A stretch of DNA of 64,000 nt from an uncultured Spirochaetaceae bacterium. Its GTDB lineage: Bacteria > Myxococcota_A > UBA9160 > UBA4427. Location: the NCBI GenBank assembly GCA_964457385.1, contig CAYWGW010000002.1, positions 1,883 to 65,882 on the forward strand. Direction: 5' to 3'. The position numbers and the translations under genes are program-made. Of this stretch, positions 53,897 to 64,000 are shown piece by piece; position 1 is the stretch's first letter; each line of letters starts with the position of its first letter. The notes below the pieces were generated by a model that did not search any database, was not told the DNA's origin, and was given only the letters and a program-made list of their open reading frames with translations.

Positions 53897-54883
53897 GTGC
53901 CGAGGACATTCCGGCCGTGGGTCGTGCTGATCGTTGCGGCTTGCTGTACGGGATGGGCGCATGCGCGGGGGCCGCTCGAGGCGCGGGCCGAGCGCGGTGA
54001 GCGGTTCGTGCCGCGCCCCGGAGTCGTCAAGGTGGCCGCTCTCGGATTCGATGCGCTGGTCGCCGACTATCACTGGCTGCAGGCGATCCAGATCGTGGGA
54101 GGGAACGACATCGTCGAGGCCTCCCATGCGAGTCACATCGCGAAGCTCGTCGACGTCGTGACGACCCTGAATCCGCATGTCAGTCATCCCTATCGGTTCG
54201 CGGCGGTCTGGCTCGACCACGACGAGGCCCTGGTCCGGGAGGGAAACCGGCTGCTCCGACGGGGCATCGGTTTTCATCCGGACGATTGGCGCCAGTACTT
54301 CTATCTCGGCTTCAACCATTTCTTCCATCTCGGTGAGTTCGAGGAGGCGGCCCGGATCCTCGAGCAGGCGATGGATCTGCCCGGGGCGCCGGCTTATCTA
54401 CCGCGCCTGGTGGCGCGGCTCCGATCCCAGACCCAGGACATCGAGGTCGCGGAGGTCTTCCTTCGCGAGCTGCTGGAGGACACCCGCGAAGAGGATGCCC
54501 GGGCGAGGTTGCAGATCGCGCTCGACGAGATCGAGATCGAGCACAAGGCACGATTTCTCGACCGCGCGCGGGAGGCCTATCGGAGACTGTCCGGCACGGA
54601 TATCGAATCGGTCGAGGATCTCGTTCGCGGGGCGCATCCCGTTCTCGATCGGCTTCCCTCGCCGGAGCCCGACGCGATTCCGCCCTCGCTTTCGCGCGGG
54701 TCCGTGTGGATGCTTGATCCGGATACCGATCGGATCGTGTCGTCGTATCTCGGCGCCCGCTACGAGGTGCATTTCTCCGCCGCCGATCGCCTCGCGCGGA
54801 AGAGGGAGCGTTACGAGGCCGCGACCGCGCGGGACGGCGATGAACACGTCTCGGACCGGACGGAGGCCCGGGGAGATGGCTGA
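53897..54883 (+). CDS. Hypothetical lipoprotein with TPR-like helical repeats (positional equivalent of M. xanthus PilG)
   Basis: GTG start and a signal/lipobox VVLIVAAC. The position between pilA and the ABC ATPase matches the pilA-pilG-pilH-pilI-pilD order of M. xanthus. The assignment rests on synteny only. Confidence 0.5.
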   Translation: MPRTFRPWVVLIVAACCTGWAHARGPLEARAERGERFVPRPGVVKVAALGFDALVADYHWLQAIQIVGGNDIVEASHASHIAKLVDVVTTLNPHVSHPYRFAAVWLDHDEALVREGNRLLRRGIGFHPDDWRQYFYLGFNHFFHLGEFEEAARILEQAMDLPGAPAYLPRLVARLRSQTQDIEVAEVFLRELLEDTREEDARARLQIALDEIEIEHKARFLDRAREAYRRLSGTDIESVEDLVRGAHPVLDRLPSPEPDAIPPSLSRGSVWMLDPDTDRIVSSYLGARYEVHFSAADRLARKRERYEAATARDGDEHVSDRTEARGDG

Positions 54884-55835
54884 GAGGAGCGAAGTCGTTC
54901 GCGTCGATCAGGTCGTGAAGGATTTCCGACCGGGATTCGGCTTGCGACGGACGAGAGTTCTGCACGGAGTGACCTTCCAGGTCCTCGAAGGCGAAATCTT
55001 CGGTTTCGTGGGCCCGAATGGCGCGGGCAAGACGACGACTCTCAAGATCCTGATGGGATTGATCCGTCCCAGCTCCGGCTCGGCGTCGATCCTGGGGCGG
55101 GACGTCCAGGAGTCGGAGTTTCGCCATCAGATCGGATTCCTGCCCGAGAACCCCTATTTCTATCCCTTCCTGACGGCGCGGGAGACGCTCGAGTTCTACG
55201 CGAAGCTGACCGGCGTGGGGGCTCGGGGTCGGGCCGCCCGGATCGAGGAGCTGCTCGAGCGGGTGAACCTGCTCCCGGCGGCGGACGCGCGGCTCAAGAC
55301 CTTCTCGAAGGGCATGCTGCAACGGGTGGGAGTCGCACAGGCCCTGATCCACGATCCCAAGGTCGTCTTCTTCGACGAGCCGATGAGCGGACTCGATCCG
55401 ATCGGACGCAAGGAGATTCGCGATCTGATCCTGTCGCTGCGGTCCTCGGGAAAGACCGTCTTCATGAATACCCACATCCTGCCAGACGTCGAGATGATCT
55501 GTGATCGGGTGGCGATCATCGTGAACGGACGCATCCGACATCAGGGCCCGATCGAGGAGTTCCTCCCCGAGGCGTGCGTGGCGACGGACGTCGTGATCTC
55601 GGGGCTCGCACCCGAGGTGGTAGAGCGCCTCGAGGAGGAGTTCGATTTCGAGATGAGAGGGCTCGGCGAGCGGGTCGAGCTCTCCGTGCGTGACAAGGAC
55701 GTTCAGGCGGTGCTTCGGATCGCCATCCAGACGGGAGCCGAGCTCGTCTCCGTGACGCCCCACCGACGATCGCTCGAGGAGGCCTTCCTGTCCGCAGTTC
55801 GCGAGGAAGAGGAAGAGGGGGGGGCGGGAGAATGA
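54876..55835 (+). CDS. ABC transporter ATP-binding protein (PilH-like by synteny)
   Basis: Walker A is GPNGAGKTT, the signature is FSKGMLQRVGVAQAL and Walker B is VVFFDEPMSGLD. It overlaps the upstream gene by 8 nt. Confidence 0.9.
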   Translation: MAERSEVVRVDQVVKDFRPGFGLRRTRVLHGVTFQVLEGEIFGFVGPNGAGKTTTLKILMGLIRPSSGSASILGRDVQESEFRHQIGFLPENPYFYPFLTARETLEFYAKLTGVGARGRAARIEELLERVNLLPAADARLKTFSKGMLQRVGVAQALIHDPKVVFFDEPMSGLDPIGRKEIRDLILSLRSSGKTVFMNTHILPDVEMICDRVAIIVNGRIRHQGPIEEFLPEACVATDVVISGLAPEVVERLEEEFDFEMRGLGERVELSVRDKDVQAVLRIAIQTGAELVSVTPHRRSLEEAFLSAVREEEEEGGAGE

Positions 55836-56608
55836 GCGCTCTGGTGCGTGTCCGGGCCCTGGCCTCGAATACGGTCCGGGAGGCCATCCGGAACAGGCTT
55901 CTGTACACGCTGCTCGGATTCGCCATCCTGATGATCGGGGCCGGTGTGTTGATCGCGACGCTTTCCTATGTCGAGGTCCACGAGATCCTGCAGGACGTGG
56001 GGCTCGGAGCGATCCGCTTCTTCGGCGCCGGGATCGCCGTCTTCGTCGGGATCGGGCTGATCTCGGGGGAGGTGGAGCGGCGGACGATCTTCACGATCCT
56101 CTCGAAGCCCGTCTCGCGCTCCGAGTTCCTGATCGGCAAGTTCGCGGGACTGACGATCACGGTCTGGCTCCAGCTCTTCCTGATGGCCGTCGCCTTTACG
56201 ATCGTCTCCTGGATGGCGGGCGCGCCGCTCGAAAGGGAGCACGGCCTGGCCCTCGTTCTGATCGGACTCGAGCTGATGGTCCTCGTGGCGATCGCGACGT
56301 TCTTCTCGGCCTTCACGACCCCCACCCTCGCAGCGCTCTTCACTGTCGGGATCTGGCTGATCGGTCATCTGTCCCGGGATCTGCGTGCGCTCGGAGATCA
56401 ATCCGAGCTCGAGTCGGTCTCGCGGGCGACGGAGCTGCTCTTCGCCCTGATGCCGGATTTCGAGGTCTTCAACAAGACGCTCGAGGCCGTGCACGGCTTG
56501 CCGATTCCCCCGATCGACGTGGGATTGGCGGTCGTCTACGCGATCGGATACACGGTCAGTACCCTCGTGCTCGGCTCGATGGTCTTCGCCCGACGCGATT
56601 TCAAGTAG
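55832..56608 (+). CDS. ABC-2 type transporter permease (PilI-like by synteny)
   Basis: 258 aa with about 6 TM segments. ATGA overlap with the ATPase gene. Confidence 0.75.
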   Translation: MSALVRVRALASNTVREAIRNRLLYTLLGFAILMIGAGVLIATLSYVEVHEILQDVGLGAIRFFGAGIAVFVGIGLISGEVERRTIFTILSKPVSRSEFLIGKFAGLTITVWLQLFLMAVAFTIVSWMAGAPLEREHGLALVLIGLELMVLVAIATFFSAFTTPTLAALFTVGIWLIGHLSRDLRALGDQSELESVSRATELLFALMPDFEVFNKTLEAVHGLPIPPIDVGLAVVYAIGYTVSTLVLGSMVFARRDFK

Positions 56609-56688
56609 AGCGCTCGTTCGGCTGAACGCAGCTGGCTCGGGGCAGAGGCCGGTATCGGACGAGGGCGAGGACGGGGGCGCGAGGGGAG

Positions 56689-57561
56689 ATGGACGTCGAG
56701 ATCACGCCCGGGGCATGGGTGCCGGTCGCCCTGGCATTCGGCCTCGTGGTCGGATCCTTCCTGAACGTGGTGATCCATCGCCTGCCGCTCGGGATCTCCG
56801 TCGCGTTTCCGCCATCCCATTGTCCCGTCTGCGAGAAAAAGATCGCTCCCTGGGACAACATCCCGATCGTGTCCTACGTTCTGCTGCGGGGACGTTGTCG
56901 GCACTGCCGCACGACCATTTCGCCACGCTATCCCCTGGTCGAGCTGGCGACGGGGCTCGTCTTTGCGGCCCTCGCCGCTCGCTTCGGTCCGGGGCCCTGG
57001 ACCGTCGTCTACTTTCTCTTCTCCGCGGCCCTCATCGCCGCCGCCCTGATCGATCTGGATCATCAGATCATTCCCGATTCGATCTCCCTGGGCGGGCTCG
57101 CGTTGGCCCTCGTGGTCGTGCCTCTGGTCGCTGCGTTCGAGGGGCGGAGCCTGCTCGACGCGTTCGCACGCAGTGCGGCCGGGGCGTCGATCGGGGCGGG
57201 GGTGCTCTGGGGCGTTGCCTTTACCCATGCCCGGATCTCGGTCGCACTCGGTCGCGAGTTCGAGCATTGGCCGGGAGAGGGCGAGTCCCTGCCGCGACCG
57301 AGCGAGGCGGACTACTGGCTCTGGTTTCCGGGGTTGGGGCTGGGAGACGTGAAGCTTCTCGCCATGATCGGCGCGGTGGTCGGCCCGATCGGAGTGCTCG
57401 ACACGATTCTGGCTTCGTCCCTTGTGGGATTGGTGCTCGGCGGTGCACAGGCGCTCGTTGGCGGCGCGCTCGGACGTCCTTTCGGATTCGCTCCGGCGAT
57501 CGCGGTCGGGGCGATCGCCTCGCTCTTCCTGCCCAGGCTCTGGCTGCTCGAGCTCGTTTGA
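56689..57561 (+). CDS. pilD: Prepilin peptidase / N-methyltransferase (A24 family)
   Basis: GSFLNVVIHRLP, the Cys motif CPVCEKKI...CRHCRTTIS and the catalytic-Asp contexts LIDLDHQIIPD and GLGDVKLLAMIG. GAGGGGAG lies upstream of the ATG. Confidence 0.9.
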   Translation: MDVEITPGAWVPVALAFGLVVGSFLNVVIHRLPLGISVAFPPSHCPVCEKKIAPWDNIPIVSYVLLRGRCRHCRTTISPRYPLVELATGLVFAALAARFGPGPWTVVYFLFSAALIAAALIDLDHQIIPDSISLGGLALALVVVPLVAAFEGRSLLDAFARSAAGASIGAGVLWGVAFTHARISVALGREFEHWPGEGESLPRPSEADYWLWFPGLGLGDVKLLAMIGAVVGPIGVLDTILASSLVGLVLGGAQALVGGALGRPFGFAPAIAVGAIASLFLPRLWLLELV

Positions 57562-57577
57562 ACGGGCGCTCCACACG

Positions 57578-57610
57578 CAGGCGGCCCCGAATGGCTGCCT
57601 GTCCCTTTTC
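57578..57610 (+). terminator. Intrinsic-terminator-like hairpin between convergent pilD and gltX
   Basis: CAGGCGGCC-ccgaat-GGCTGCCTG forms 9 bp including one G-U pair, followed by tcccttttc. Confidence 0.5.
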
Positions 57611-57647
57611 GAGGAACGCCGATCGCCTTCGAGGAACGCCGATCGCC
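57608..57647 (+). repeat. Perfect 20-nt tandem duplication (ttcgaggaacgccgatcgcc x2)
   Basis: The two copies are read directly from the sequence in the pilD-gltX spacer. Confidence 0.95.
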
Positions 57648-57661
57648 GCGGGCGTCGGAGC

Positions 57662-59095
57662 TCAGGAAGCCGCGCTCGCGTCCCGGGCCCTGTCCCGGAT
57701 CTGCTCGATGGCGGACCGAAGGCGCTCGACGGTGCGCTTGGGACCGAGTGCTTCGAGCGTCTCGTAGATTCCCGGTGAGGCGGCGCGACCGGTCACCGCC
57801 ACCCGGACGGGCTGGGCGAGCTTGCCGAGCTTGAGTCCGCCGAGGGCTTCGCAGGTCGACTCGAAAGCCGCCTCGAGGGCTTCCGGCGACCAGGTCTGCA
57901 GCGCCTCGAGTCGCGGGATCAGGGCTTCGAGGGGCTCCAGAGCCGCGGGCCGCAGGTGCTTTCGGGCCGCCTCCGGGTCGATCTCGATCTCGTCGACGAG
58001 CGCGAACCGGGCTTGCTCGGCCATCTCATCGAGTCGATGGCTGCGCTCCCGGAGCAGATCGAGCAAGCGATCGAGTCGATCGCTGCGCTTGACCGCTCGG
58101 CCCGCCACGGCCTCGAGGAATGGCTGTGCCGCCTCGAAGAGGGCTTCCGTCGTGCGCGCCTTCAGGAAATGCTGGTTCACCCACGCGAGCTTGGCGAGAT
58201 CGGCCTGGGCACCGGAGCGACCCACATGAGCCAGGTCGAAGTGCTCCACGATTTCGCTCGCGCTGAAGATCTCCTGATCTCCGTGGCTCCAGCCCAATCG
58301 CGCCAGCCAGCTCAGCATGGCCTCCGGCAGGAATCCGTCCGCGCGAAACTGCTGGATCGAGACAGGGTCCTTCCGCTTGGACAGCTTGCGTCCGCTCTCC
58401 GCCACGATGAGCGGGACGTGGGCAAAAATCGGGGGCGTCGCCTCCAGAGCCCGGTAGAGGGCCAGCTGGAACGGCGTGTTCGAGTGATGATCAGCGCCGC
58501 GAACGACATGGGTGATCCCCATGTCCAGATCGTCGACGACCCCGACCAGAGCGAAGAGTGGCGTCCCATCGCTGCGCAGGAGGATGCCGTCTCCGATCTC
58601 GCTGGCATCCTGGCCGCTGGCGCCGAACACGAGATCATCCCAGCGCAGGGGGACCTCCGGGTCGACCCGGAGCCGCACGGTGTGGGGGCCGCAATCCGGT
58701 CCCAACCCGCGGTTGCGGCAGCGACCGTCGTAGATCCCCTTCCCGCCGCGGGCAATGTCGGCCTCGCGTCGCGCCTCGAGCTCCTCCCGGGTGCACACGC
58801 AGCGATAGGCCTTGCCGGTTTCGAGGAGGGTCTTGATCGTCGCCTGATGGCGTTCGGAGCGCTCGGACTGCCGGTAGGGGCCCTCGTCCCAATCGATCCC
58901 CAGCCAGCGCAGGCCGTCCAGGACCGCCTCCTCGGCCGCCTTCGTCGAGCGCTCGAGGTCGGTATCTTCGATCCGGAGAACGAAGCAGCCACCGTGATGG
59001 CGGGTCAGCGCCCAGTTGAAGAGGGCGGTCCGGGCGCCGCCAATATGCAGGAATCCCGTGGGGCTCGGGGCGAATCGCGTACGCATGGTCGGCAT
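57662..59095 (-). CDS. gltX: Glutamate--tRNA ligase
   Basis: RTRFAPSPTGFLHIGGARTALFNW (HIGH) and KLSKRK (KMSKS). ATG 59086 is an alternative start. Confidence 0.9.
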   Translation of the reverse strand: MPTMRTRFAPSPTGFLHIGGARTALFNWALTRHHGGCFVLRIEDTDLERSTKAAEEAVLDGLRWLGIDWDEGPYRQSERSERHQATIKTLLETGKAYRCVCTREELEARREADIARGGKGIYDGRCRNRGLGPDCGPHTVRLRVDPEVPLRWDDLVFGASGQDASEIGDGILLRSDGTPLFALVGVVDDLDMGITHVVRGADHHSNTPFQLALYRALEATPPIFAHVPLIVAESGRKLSKRKDPVSIQQFRADGFLPEAMLSWLARLGWSHGDQEIFSASEIVEHFDLAHVGRSGAQADLAKLAWVNQHFLKARTTEALFEAAQPFLEAVAGRAVKRSDRLDRLLDLLRERSHRLDEMAEQARFALVDEIEIDPEAARKHLRPAALEPLEALIPRLEALQTWSPEALEAAFESTCEALGGLKLGKLAQPVRVAVTGRAASPGIYETLEALGPKRTVERLRSAIEQIRDRARDASAAS

Positions 59096-59261
59096 TGGTA
59101 GCCGAGCATATCGCAGCTCCCGCCGGAGGCGCGCTCTCGCTGTATTCGGGTCCGGAGGACCTGATCCTTGGCGTGGATCGGGTCTCTGCGCTATTTCCCC
59201 CGACCGTGGGCGAGGGTCGCCAAAGGTTCGTTTTCACGGTGTTTTCGGATTGCTGGACCCG

Positions 59262-59846
59262 ATGAAGGGTGAGTTCACACTGCTGGTCGAACGTCTCGGC
59301 GAGACGCCCGAGGAGTTCAGCTTCCGTGCGTCGGCCGAATGGTGGGCCGCTCGAGACGCTTCGGTGGGAACCGGGGACTGCGCGGTCGAGGCGCCCTTCG
59401 ACTTCGAGCTGTCGGCTGCCCGGGTCCGCCAGGACGTCATGCTCGAGGGGCAGCTGAGGGGGCGGGTCGGGCTCGAGTGCAGTCGCTGCGCCAAACGCTA
59501 TTCTGAGCCGCTTCTCGAGGACTTCCGCCTGGTGCTCGAGCCCGCCGGAAACCGAGAGCCCGCGGATCCGGAGGGGGCGGTCGGGCTCGCCGAGAGCGGT
59601 CTCTGCCTCGGAGAGGATCTCGAGTTGGGCTGGTTTCGGGGGCCGCGCATCGGTCTGGACGATTTCTTCGGGGAGCTGATCGCGCTGGCGATGCCGGTAC
59701 AGCCCTTGTGCCGGGAGGAGTGCCCGGGGCTCTGTGCTCATTGTGGGGCGGATCTGGCCTCGAGGCCCTGTGACTGCGTGGATGAGAAGATCGGCTCCCC
59801 CTTCGCCGTGCTGGCAAAATTGAAGGACGGACGCGGGCCGGACTGA
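59262..59846 (+). CDS. yceD: YceD/DUF177 family protein
   Basis: The Cys pairs are CSRCAKRY...CREECPGLCAHCGADL. Its position immediately upstream of rpmF is typical. Confidence 0.8.
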   Translation: MKGEFTLLVERLGETPEEFSFRASAEWWAARDASVGTGDCAVEAPFDFELSAARVRQDVMLEGQLRGRVGLECSRCAKRYSEPLLEDFRLVLEPAGNREPADPEGAVGLAESGLCLGEDLELGWFRGPRIGLDDFFGELIALAMPVQPLCREECPGLCAHCGADLASRPCDCVDEKIGSPFAVLAKLKDGRGPD

Positions 59847-59900
59847 GCGCGCCGTCGGTGGACGGACGAATCGAGAGGGCGAATGGGAACGCGGACCGGC

Positions 59901-59933
59901 AGAGTCGACGATCGATCGGAGATCGTCGATTCT
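59901..59933 (+). other. 13-bp stem-loop in the yceD-rpmF spacer
   Basis: AGAGTCGACGATC-gatcgga-GATCGTCGATTCT forms 12 Watson-Crick pairs and one G-U pair. Confidence 0.5.
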
Positions 59934-60043
59934 CGACACAGAATCCAGCGGAAATGACAGATCGAGACCAGCGACACCCGATCGCGAGACCAGCGATCGG
60001 AGATGGCGATTAGAGAAGAGAAAGATAGAGGGAGCCGAATCCA

Positions 60044-60226
60044 ATGGCCGTTCCGAAACGCAAGACTTCCAAGGCGCGCCGAGACAAGCGACGCAGCCAT
60101 GATGCCCTTACCTCGCCTGCGGCAAGCATCTGTCCGCAATGTGGTGCACCCAAGGTTCCGCATCGGATCTGCGGCCAGTGTGGTACCTACAAGGGCCGGA
60201 CGATCCTCGCGATCGACGAAGAGTAG
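60044..60226 (+). CDS. rpmF: 50S ribosomal protein L32
   Basis: [19 protein letters not shown]... with the zinc ribbon CPQCG...CGQCG. Confidence 0.95.
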   Translation: MAVPKRKTSKARRDKRRSHDALTSPAASICPQCGAPKVPHRICGQCGTYKGRTILAIDEE

Positions 60227-60241
60227 GAAGAGTCGGTTCAG

Positions 60242-61234
60242 GTGCTCGCACTGCTTTTTCCAGGACAGGGCTCGCAGGAAGTGGGCATGGGTCGCGACGT
60301 CTACGAGTCGTCTGCGGCCGCGCGAGCCGTCTTCGACGCGGCAGACGATGCGTTGGAGATGGAACTCGCTCGTCTCTGCTTCGAGGGCCCCGAAGCGGAT
60401 CTTCGGCGCACGGAGATCCAGCAGCCGGCCATCCTGACGACGAGCATCGCCTTGTTGCGTGCGCTCGAGGAAGGGACTCCCCGCCCCCTCGATCCCGCCT
60501 ACGTCGGGGGACATAGCCTGGGAGAGTACTCTGCACTGGTCGCGGCCGGATCCATCGGATTCGAGGACGCCGTCCGGACGGTCCATCTGCGCGGGCGACT
60601 GATGCAGGAGGCGGTCGCGGAGGGCCGGGGGGCGATGGCGGCCGTGATGGGTGTCGGGCCCGACATCGTCGAAGCCGCCTGCGCGCGCGCTCGCGAAGAG
60701 ACCAAACGTGTCGTCACTGCTGCCAACTTCAACTCCCCACAGCAGACGGTCATCGCGGGGGAGGCCGTTGCCGTCGAGGTCGCATGCAACCGGGCGCGCG
60801 AACTCGGCGCGAAACGGACCGTCCCGCTTCCCGTCTCTGCGCCCTTCCACTGTCCCCTGATGGAGCCGGCGGCCGCCAAGCTCGAGTTCGAGCTGGATCG
60901 CCTGCGTTGGAGCGATGCTTCGCCCGCCGTCGTGACCAACGTCGAAGCCGAGCCGAATGTGGAGGCGGCCAGGATCCCCGGGCTGTTGACGCGACAGGTG
61001 ACGGCACCCGTGCGATTCACGGAGATGATCCTACGCATGAAGGCGCTCGGTGTGGATCACTTTCTCGAGATTGGCCCCGGTCGCATCCTCGGTGGCTTGA
61101 TCGCGCGCATCGATCGCCGCGCCGGGCGAGCGAGCTTTGCGTCTCGAGCGGATCTGACCGAGGTGCACGATTTTCTCGTCCAGGGGTCGGACAAGGACCT
61201 CGTCGGAACGAATGAGGAAGCGAGCTCGACCTGA
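60242..61234 (+). CDS. fabD: Malonyl CoA-acyl carrier protein transacylase
   Basis: [13 protein letters not shown], the [11 protein letters not shown] active-site Ser and the [10 protein letters not shown] motif. GTG start. Confidence 0.9.
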   Translation: MLALLFPGQGSQEVGMGRDVYESSAAARAVFDAADDALEMELARLCFEGPEADLRRTEIQQPAILTTSIALLRALEEGTPRPLDPAYVGGHSLGEYSALVAAGSIGFEDAVRTVHLRGRLMQEAVAEGRGAMAAVMGVGPDIVEAACARAREETKRVVTAANFNSPQQTVIAGEAVAVEVACNRARELGAKRTVPLPVSAPFHCPLMEPAAAKLEFELDRLRWSDASPAVVTNVEAEPNVEAARIPGLLTRQVTAPVRFTEMILRMKALGVDHFLEIGPGRILGGLIARIDRRAGRASFASRADLTEVHDFLVQGSDKDLVGTNEEASST

Positions 61235-61249
61235 AGCTCGCGCGGCCAT

Positions 61250-61284
61250 CGCCGTACGGGGGGTACGGCGCTAGCCTTTTCTGG
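61250..61284 (+). terminator. Intrinsic-terminator-like hairpin after fabD
   Basis: CGCCGTAC-ggggg-GTACGGCG is a perfect 8-bp stem, followed by ctagccttttctgg. Confidence 0.5.
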
Positions 61285-61320
61285 ATCCCGTCAGGGCCGA
61301 GTCGTGGAGGACGTCCAGCT

Positions 61321-61557
61321 ATGTCTTTGGAAGCGCGTGTCACCGATCTCATCGTCGAGCAGTTGGGTGTGTCGAAGGAGGAGGCGGTCGCAGGAGCGTC
61401 CTTCATCGATGATCTTGGCGCCGATTCGTTGGATATCGTCGAGCTGGTCATGACGCTCGAGGAGACCTTCGACATCGAGATTCCCGACGACGATGCGGAG
61501 AAGATGCAGACGATCGGCGATGCCATCGACTACCTCAAAGAGCGCGTCGACGGCTGA
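61321..61557 (+). CDS. acpP: Acyl carrier protein
   Basis: 78 aa with the [14 protein letters not shown] phosphopantetheine-attachment motif. Confidence 0.95.
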   Translation: MSLEARVTDLIVEQLGVSKEEAVAGASFIDDLGADSLDIVELVMTLEETFDIEIPDDDAEKMQTIGDAIDYLKERVDG

Positions 61558-61897
61558 CCTGGATCTCCGTGGGATCCACCGAAGCCTCGGTATCGGCTGG
61601 ACCAACCCCTCGTCGATCGCGGCGACGGGCGGCCACGCCGGCCGCTATGGTCCGGTCGACGTGCCAGCCGCTCGCGCGCAATGCTCCCCGGTAGATTCCG
61701 GTCGTCAGGCCGTTCATCTCGAGGCTGGAGATGGACGGGCGTAAGAGCGACGGGCGGAAGGATGGGAGAACGAAAGGACGTATCGAGCGGCCTTCGAGGG
61801 CTTCCGGTGAGAGCGGGCTGCGAGGGCCGACGCCGCGACCGGACCACGCGACCACGCAACGCGACACGCGACACGCGACGACAGGAGAGAGACACCC

Positions 61898-63169
<1,272 letters not shown>

Positions 63170-63172
63170 CCC

Positions 63173-63715
63173 GTGCAGTGTCCCTTCTGCGGCGACGACG
63201 GAAATCGCGTCATCGATTCCCGTCTCGCCCGCGACGGCACAGAGATCCGACGACGTCGGGAATGCGACGAATGCGGCCGACGATTCACGACCCGTGAGCG
63301 TGTCGAGGAGGTGTTGCCGCGGATCATCAAGGCAGATGAGCGGCGGGAGGAATACGATCGCCGAAAGCTCCTACGCGGGATCGAGCACGCCTGCGTGAAG
63401 CGGCCGGTCTCGACGGAAGCGGTCGAGCGGCTGGTCGATCGGATCGAGCGGGCCCTCCAGGAATCGGGCGAACGTGAGGTGACGAGCGAATCCATCGGGC
63501 GTCGCGTGCTCGAGGAGCTCTCGGCCATCGACGTGCTGGCTGCCGTCCGTTTCGCCTCCGTCTTCCTCGATTTCAGCAGCCCCAACGACTACGCGGCCTT
63601 CTTCTCGGAGCTTCCCGATCCCGCCCGACCCGCTCATCGGGAGGAGAAGCGCGAGTCGACACCCGAGTCGACACCCGAGCCGGCGACGCTGCGATCGTCG
63701 AGTGTGGAGCGGTGA
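63173..63715 (+). CDS. nrdR: Transcriptional repressor NrdR
   Basis: The zinc ribbon is CPFCG...CDECGRRFTTRE, followed by an ATP-cone. GTG start 3 nt after the glyA stop. Confidence 0.9.
   Translation: MQCPFCGDDGNRVIDSRLARDGTEIRRRRECDECGRRFTTRERVEEVLPRIIKADERREEYDRRKLLRGIEHACVKRPVSTEAVERLVDRIERALQESGEREVTSESIGRRVLEELSAIDVLAAVRFASVFLDFSSPNDYAAFFSELPDPARPAHREEKRESTPESTPEPATLRSSSVER
63653..63676 (+). repeat. Codon-aligned 12-nt tandem duplication in the nrdR 3' end (encodes ESTP ESTP)
   Basis: gagtcgacaccc occurs twice, head to tail. Confidence 0.9.
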
Positions 63716-64000
63716 GCCAGCGAAGCGGCCAGGATCATTCGCAGGATCACGCCCGGGACCAGCGGATGCTGCGCGAAGCCCTGCGTCTGGCGGCCCGGGG
63801 TGAGGGCCGGACCCATCCAAACCCCAGCGTCGGTGCCGTGGTCTACCGCGGCGACCGCATTCTCGGTCGCGGCACGACCCGCCCTCCCGGTGGTCCCCAC
63901 GCCGAGATCGTGGCCCTTTCCCAGGCACGTCGGCGATACGGTGACCGGGCCCTGCAAGGGGCCTCGCTCGCCGTCACCCTCGAGCCCTGCCACTTCCAGG
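63712..64000 (+). CDS. ribD: Riboflavin biosynthesis protein RibD, deaminase domain (3' truncated by window edge)
   Basis: This gene is not in the ORF track because it has no stop in the window. Hand translation from GTG 63712 (which overlaps the nrdR stop) gives ...MLREALRLAARGEGRTHPNPSVGAVVYRGDRILGRGTTRPPGGPHAEIVAL...ASLAVTLEPCHFQ. It carries the HAE and (P)C..C deaminase motifs. Confidence 0.85.
   Translation, partial: MSQRSGQDHSQDHARDQRMLREALRLAARGEGRTHPNPSVGAVVYRGDRILGRGTTRPPGGPHAEIVALSQARRRYGDRALQGASLAVTLEPCHFQ

Noticed and set aside
52765-57661. The idea that the pil module is a tRNA-targeted genomic island.
   Set aside because: There is no integrase. No direct repeat of the tRNA 3' end occurs at the far border beyond a shared 8-mer, GGCGCTCC. 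There is also no obvious compositional shift.

Overview
High-GC bacterial chromosomal window, roughly two-thirds G+C by eye. It is gene-dense and mostly housekeeping, with several accessory and signalling modules. Every call comes from reading the six-frame track and the raw sequence by eye; no search tool was run.

Gene content and synteny suggest a Myxococcota-like (deltaproteobacterial) lineage. The supporting blocks are a pilA / unknown lipoprotein / ABC ATPase / ABC permease / pilD block, dprA-trmFO-xerC-hslVU, and a PEP-CTERM-type EPS locus. This taxonomic placement is inference only.

Modules, left to right:
- 1-11 kb: EPS export and precursor locus. It holds an OM barrel 3' end, a chain-length determinant, an ExeA-like ATPase, a BY-kinase, a WecA-like transferase, gmd, ugd, a Crp/Fnr regulator and a PrsT-like TPR lipoprotein.
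- 11-22 kb: LysM (TsaP-like) protein, dprA, trmFO, xerC, hslVU, a REC-GAF-GAF regulator, and argB/argF.
- 22.5-28.6 kb: a tightly coupled J-domain/TPR protein, a lidless Hsp70, a small protein, a PAS pseudo-kinase and a GGDEF cyclase.
- 28.8-40.5 kb: aspS, mdh and sucCD. On the minus strand are an EAL-HDOD gene, an MFS transporter, a spermidine-synthase-like methyltransferase and korAB.
- 40.8-49 kb: a hypothetical protein, a PilW-like TPR lipoprotein, a RodZ-like protein, recO, glyQS and ppdK.
- 49-52.6 kb: an ECF sigma factor, a small acidic protein, an ICMT-like methyltransferase, a mini-kinase and a DEDDh exonuclease.
- 52.7-57.6 kb: tRNA-Glu(CUC) followed by the type IV pilin module.
- 57.7-64 kb: gltX, yceD-rpmF-fabD-acpP, glyA, nrdR, and the 5' end of ribD.

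Most notable non-ORF signals:
- A c-di-GMP-I (GEMM-I) riboswitch-like leader lies directly upstream of the EAL-HDOD gene.
- Two near-consensus sigma-54 (-24/-12) promoters lie upstream of pilA and of the ECF sigma gene.
- A CRP-type palindrome lies upstream of the crp-family gene.
- Short head-to-tail tandem duplications recur at gene 3' ends and in spacers.

The best candidates for an undescribed system are the J/Hsp70/pseudo-kinase/cyclase cluster and the sigma-54-driven ECF/ICMT/mini-kinase cluster. Neither can be proven novel from sequence alone.

I found no CRISPR array, rRNA, transposase or integrase. The many long antisense ORFs in the track are high-GC shadow ORFs.
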